Source: Amphiscolops sp. MND2022 (Eukaryota). Taken from it: a stretch of DNA of 64,000 nt. This document shows positions 61,319 through 64,000 of this stretch, piece after piece. Every line of letters begins with the position of its first letter. Positions within the stretch are counted from its first letter, which is position 1. The notes under the pieces are model-generated. The model saw nothing but the letters and a program-made list of their open reading frames with translations. It ran no database searches and was not told where the DNA came from. Both the position numbers and the translations under genes were made by a program. The stretch spans positions 64,730,001 through 64,794,000 of the forward strand of contig OZ076409.1 of the NCBI GenBank assembly GCA_964187785.1, read 5' to 3'.

Positions 61319-61784
61319 TAAACTACCAGCTGACCGTATGGTAGAGAAAACACTTGAGCAAGAGTTTCAGATGATATTACATATCATTACACGACTTTTC
61401 ACAAAATATCAACTTGATGTCACCGAAATCAAGGAAACGGGACCAAAAAAATCAAATCAAAATTGGGCGCAGAATTTCCGTTTTTCCAGTTTTCGTTTGT
61501 GGCCACTGGTTTCAAGACTGGGTCAAAATGGCCCTAGCATGTTCTGTAACAATGTGAAATGCAGTCTGTGACAGGCGTGTGAAGTTTTGGCGCAGTCCGG
61601 AGCCAGTGCGCTAGTGGGCCCCAGCCCATCAGTTCCAAAATTGATTTGAAAGCCCTTATTCTCTTCTTTCCAACGCGTTATAAATTGTTTGTCGAACTGG
61701 AACTCTTGAGGAGATATTGCGCTTTAAAGTTTAAGCACCAGATTTTTGGATGGATCCGGAAATTTCCTGGTCAACTTAGGGTTA
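61319..61784 (+). mobile_element. Second copy of the 21222-21725 repeat
   Basis: Colinear similarity; ends CCTGGTCAACTTAGGGTTA. Confidence 0.6.
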
Positions 61785-62265
61785 CCAACAAAAATGCTAA
61801 AAATTTTTGAATTGTGCTCAGGCTATCGTTTGTTAGCTGATTTGAGAACTAAAACGAGTTTTTCATCAATTAGGACAAGTTTCGAGCATTTCATTTTTTG
61901 TCATGATAACAAGAAAAACACAAAAAAGTTTTAAAATTGTGAGAGCAAAAGAACGTTGGGTCCCAGTGTCATCAAGACCGCACCGCTTAAATCAGCATCA
62001 AAAGTCATCAAGGAGCGTGATTGGAGTTCAGCTGACCACTAACCAGAATTGTACTCTCGAACGAAACAATTGTCACTGTCGACCGCTAAACACCTCACCA
62101 TCCCAGCCATGGAAGAGCTCAACACTCTTCTAGTCATTAAACCGAGCAAAACAAATGATGCTCGCGTCAGTGGCAAAGCTTCTGGTGAAGACGGCATCCA
62201 TCCTGAGGCCATCACAGCTGAGAGAAACTTGTTTTCTTGATCAACTTTACAAGTTGCTGCTGCGT

Positions 62266-63773
62266 GTGTGTCTGTGGAATTATTTGGCGCCCAAAAGTGT
62301 TCTTCTGGCAAGCGCTATCGACAAGGCTGGTTATTCAGACGGAGTTCTAGGCGGGGTTCTATGGTGTCGAAAAGTCCTTGGCGGCACCTTGCTGTAGATT
62401 GGCAATTCATCCAATGCTCCATTGTTTGTGGTTCTTCGTGGCATTTGGGGCAATTGGAGTCTAAGCTTCCGTTCATGAGGTGAGCATATGCTTTCAAATA
62501 GCGAGAGTGTCCAGCTCCCAGCTGTGCTTGCAGGTTAGCGTCTTTAGATTGCCTATTTGTTCTTCATCTCTTTTTTTTCTGAGTACCCAGCGTGGGTCCG
62601 TTCAATTCGTTGGTGGGACGGTGCGGGAACCCTGAAGGACCGTTTGATACAAGCTAGAGCAGTTTTGAGACTGGTACTTTCGGGTTGTTCTGTTATCAGT
62701 GTAGATCCATTTTTCGCTTCTTCGTCTGCGATTTCGTTTCTTTCAGTTCAGAATGCCCTGGTACCCATTGGACACCAATCGATTCCTCGCTTCTGTCAAG
62801 GAGTTTTCTCAGGTCTGCGGTGTCTCGGGTTTGTGATTTCAGCGCGGTACAGAGGGAATGGCTGTCTGTGTAGATGAGTGCTTCTTCATCATGGGGATGG
62901 TGTTTTTCATGCATCTCATGTTTTTCATGTGTTTTTAGTCGGCGCCTTTTCCTTTAAGGAAAAAAGCCCGACTATTACAGTGGCTAGTTTTTTTTCGTCA
63001 GACCACAGAGCTCATCGCGTATGTACCACTTTTTACAGAAACTGATAAGACTACTCAGGCGAAGTCAGGGCAATGGAAACTTAGTGCAAAGGGTCCCCCT
63101 TTCATTTTTTACCTTTTTTACGTAACCTACAAAACCGGAAGAGACCAAAGGGTCCCCCCTTTCAATTTCTTTTCGGCACTGTGCGAAATTTTTTGAAAAT
63201 TTTTTAAGGTCTCAAAAGAGCCCCCCCTTCGAGTTTTTTGATATTTTGCAACAGAATGTATGTTAATGAATCCCAAAGGGTCCCCCTTTTCATTTTTCGG
63301 CACTATGCGACATTTTCGAAGTTTTTTCAAAAAAAAATTTCTAAAAAATTTTCAAATTTTATTTTGTTCCCAGTCGGGAAACAGTGATTTTCCAGTCATA
63401 TCGAGCATGAAAGGCACACTTTGGGTGTCTCGAAAGTGTTTTCAAAGCTTTTCATGACTACGTCCTGAGCATATTTAGAAAACTTGGCGCTTCTTGAGCC
63501 TTAGATATAGCACCGACTTTAGACGTTCCCGTCTTGTTCATGTAGGCAGGATTGAAGGGCTATCTTTTCTTCGTCGTTGGATGAGGTGATGACCCTGTCT
63601 CGTTTTCTGATTAATCTGAAAACTTCTGGGGAGGAGGTGCTACCCCTGGTGAAGATAGCGGCGTACCCTCCATCAGTTAGTGGCTGAGCCGTCGGTGTAG
63701 ATAGTTACTTTGCAGTTGTAGGAGTCTGGGCGATATTACTTCCTTCAAGGTTACGTTTTTATTTTGGTTGTTG
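62266..63773 (-). mobile_element. 3' fragment of an RNase H-bearing LINE (I-group), interrupted by HINE1
   Basis: IYTDGS (near 63690), IYTDSHS, QWVPGH and a C-terminal CPKC...EHWMNC zinc finger. Confidence 0.7.
62932..63538 (+). mobile_element. HINE1 element
   Basis: TTTTTAGTCGGCGC...CCCGACT 5' hairpin; 3' GCACCGACTTTAGACGTTCCCGTCTTGTT. Confidence 0.8.
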
Positions 63774-64000
63774 AACTTACTGCTTCATTGCTGGGTTGAG
63801 GAAAAGTCCCCCAGGACACGAACGGGTCCAATATTATACCGTTGTACAAAAACAAAAGTTATCGGAGTAACAACAATTATGGCATATCGCTTCTCAGCCT
63901 AGTCGGTAAGACGTTTGCTCGCGCCTCAATAAAGAGTCTTCGAATGCTTACAGAAAGACCCTATGTGGCTTCTGAGTCATGAAATCGTTAATAGACGTGA

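Larger units (their letters stand above)
61950..64000 (+). mobile_element. Decayed RTE-like LINE RT fragment split by nested insertions
   Basis: GKASGEDGIHPE before 62265; after 63790, IIPLYKNK...GISLLSLVGKTFAR. Confidence 0.65.

Overview
AT-rich, repeat-dominated eukaryotic (animal) genomic DNA. Host genes: (1) a six-exon G-protein alpha-i gene on + (44.4-55.3 kb) whose canonical MGC start is one base out of frame; (2) an ARV1 gene with an uninterrupted coding region, present as a recent ~1.84-kb tandem duplication whose second copy has a nonsense codon; (3) two in-frame minus-strand exons (6.4-5.5 kb) of an unrecognised type II membrane-like protein with a furin site. The rest is transposon-derived. 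It includes a decayed Ty3/gypsy element with its 3' LTR and an intact CR1/L2-type LINE (PHD ORF1 plus APE-RT ORF2). There is a deep nest of LINE, Mutator and MITE insertions at 22-33 kb, plus hAT and RTE remnants. About a dozen non-autonomous Helentron/DINE-1-like (HINE) elements fall into two terminal types that share one internal tandem repeat; one type carries a tRNA-derived head. The most notable observations are the ARV1 duplication breakpoint lying in the 5' hairpin of a HINE, a recurring GC-rich GCGAAGC-hairpin cassette found in different transposon shells, and a perfect 66-bp palindrome. All calls come from reading the sequence by eye; no database searches were run, and boundaries of decayed elements are approximate.
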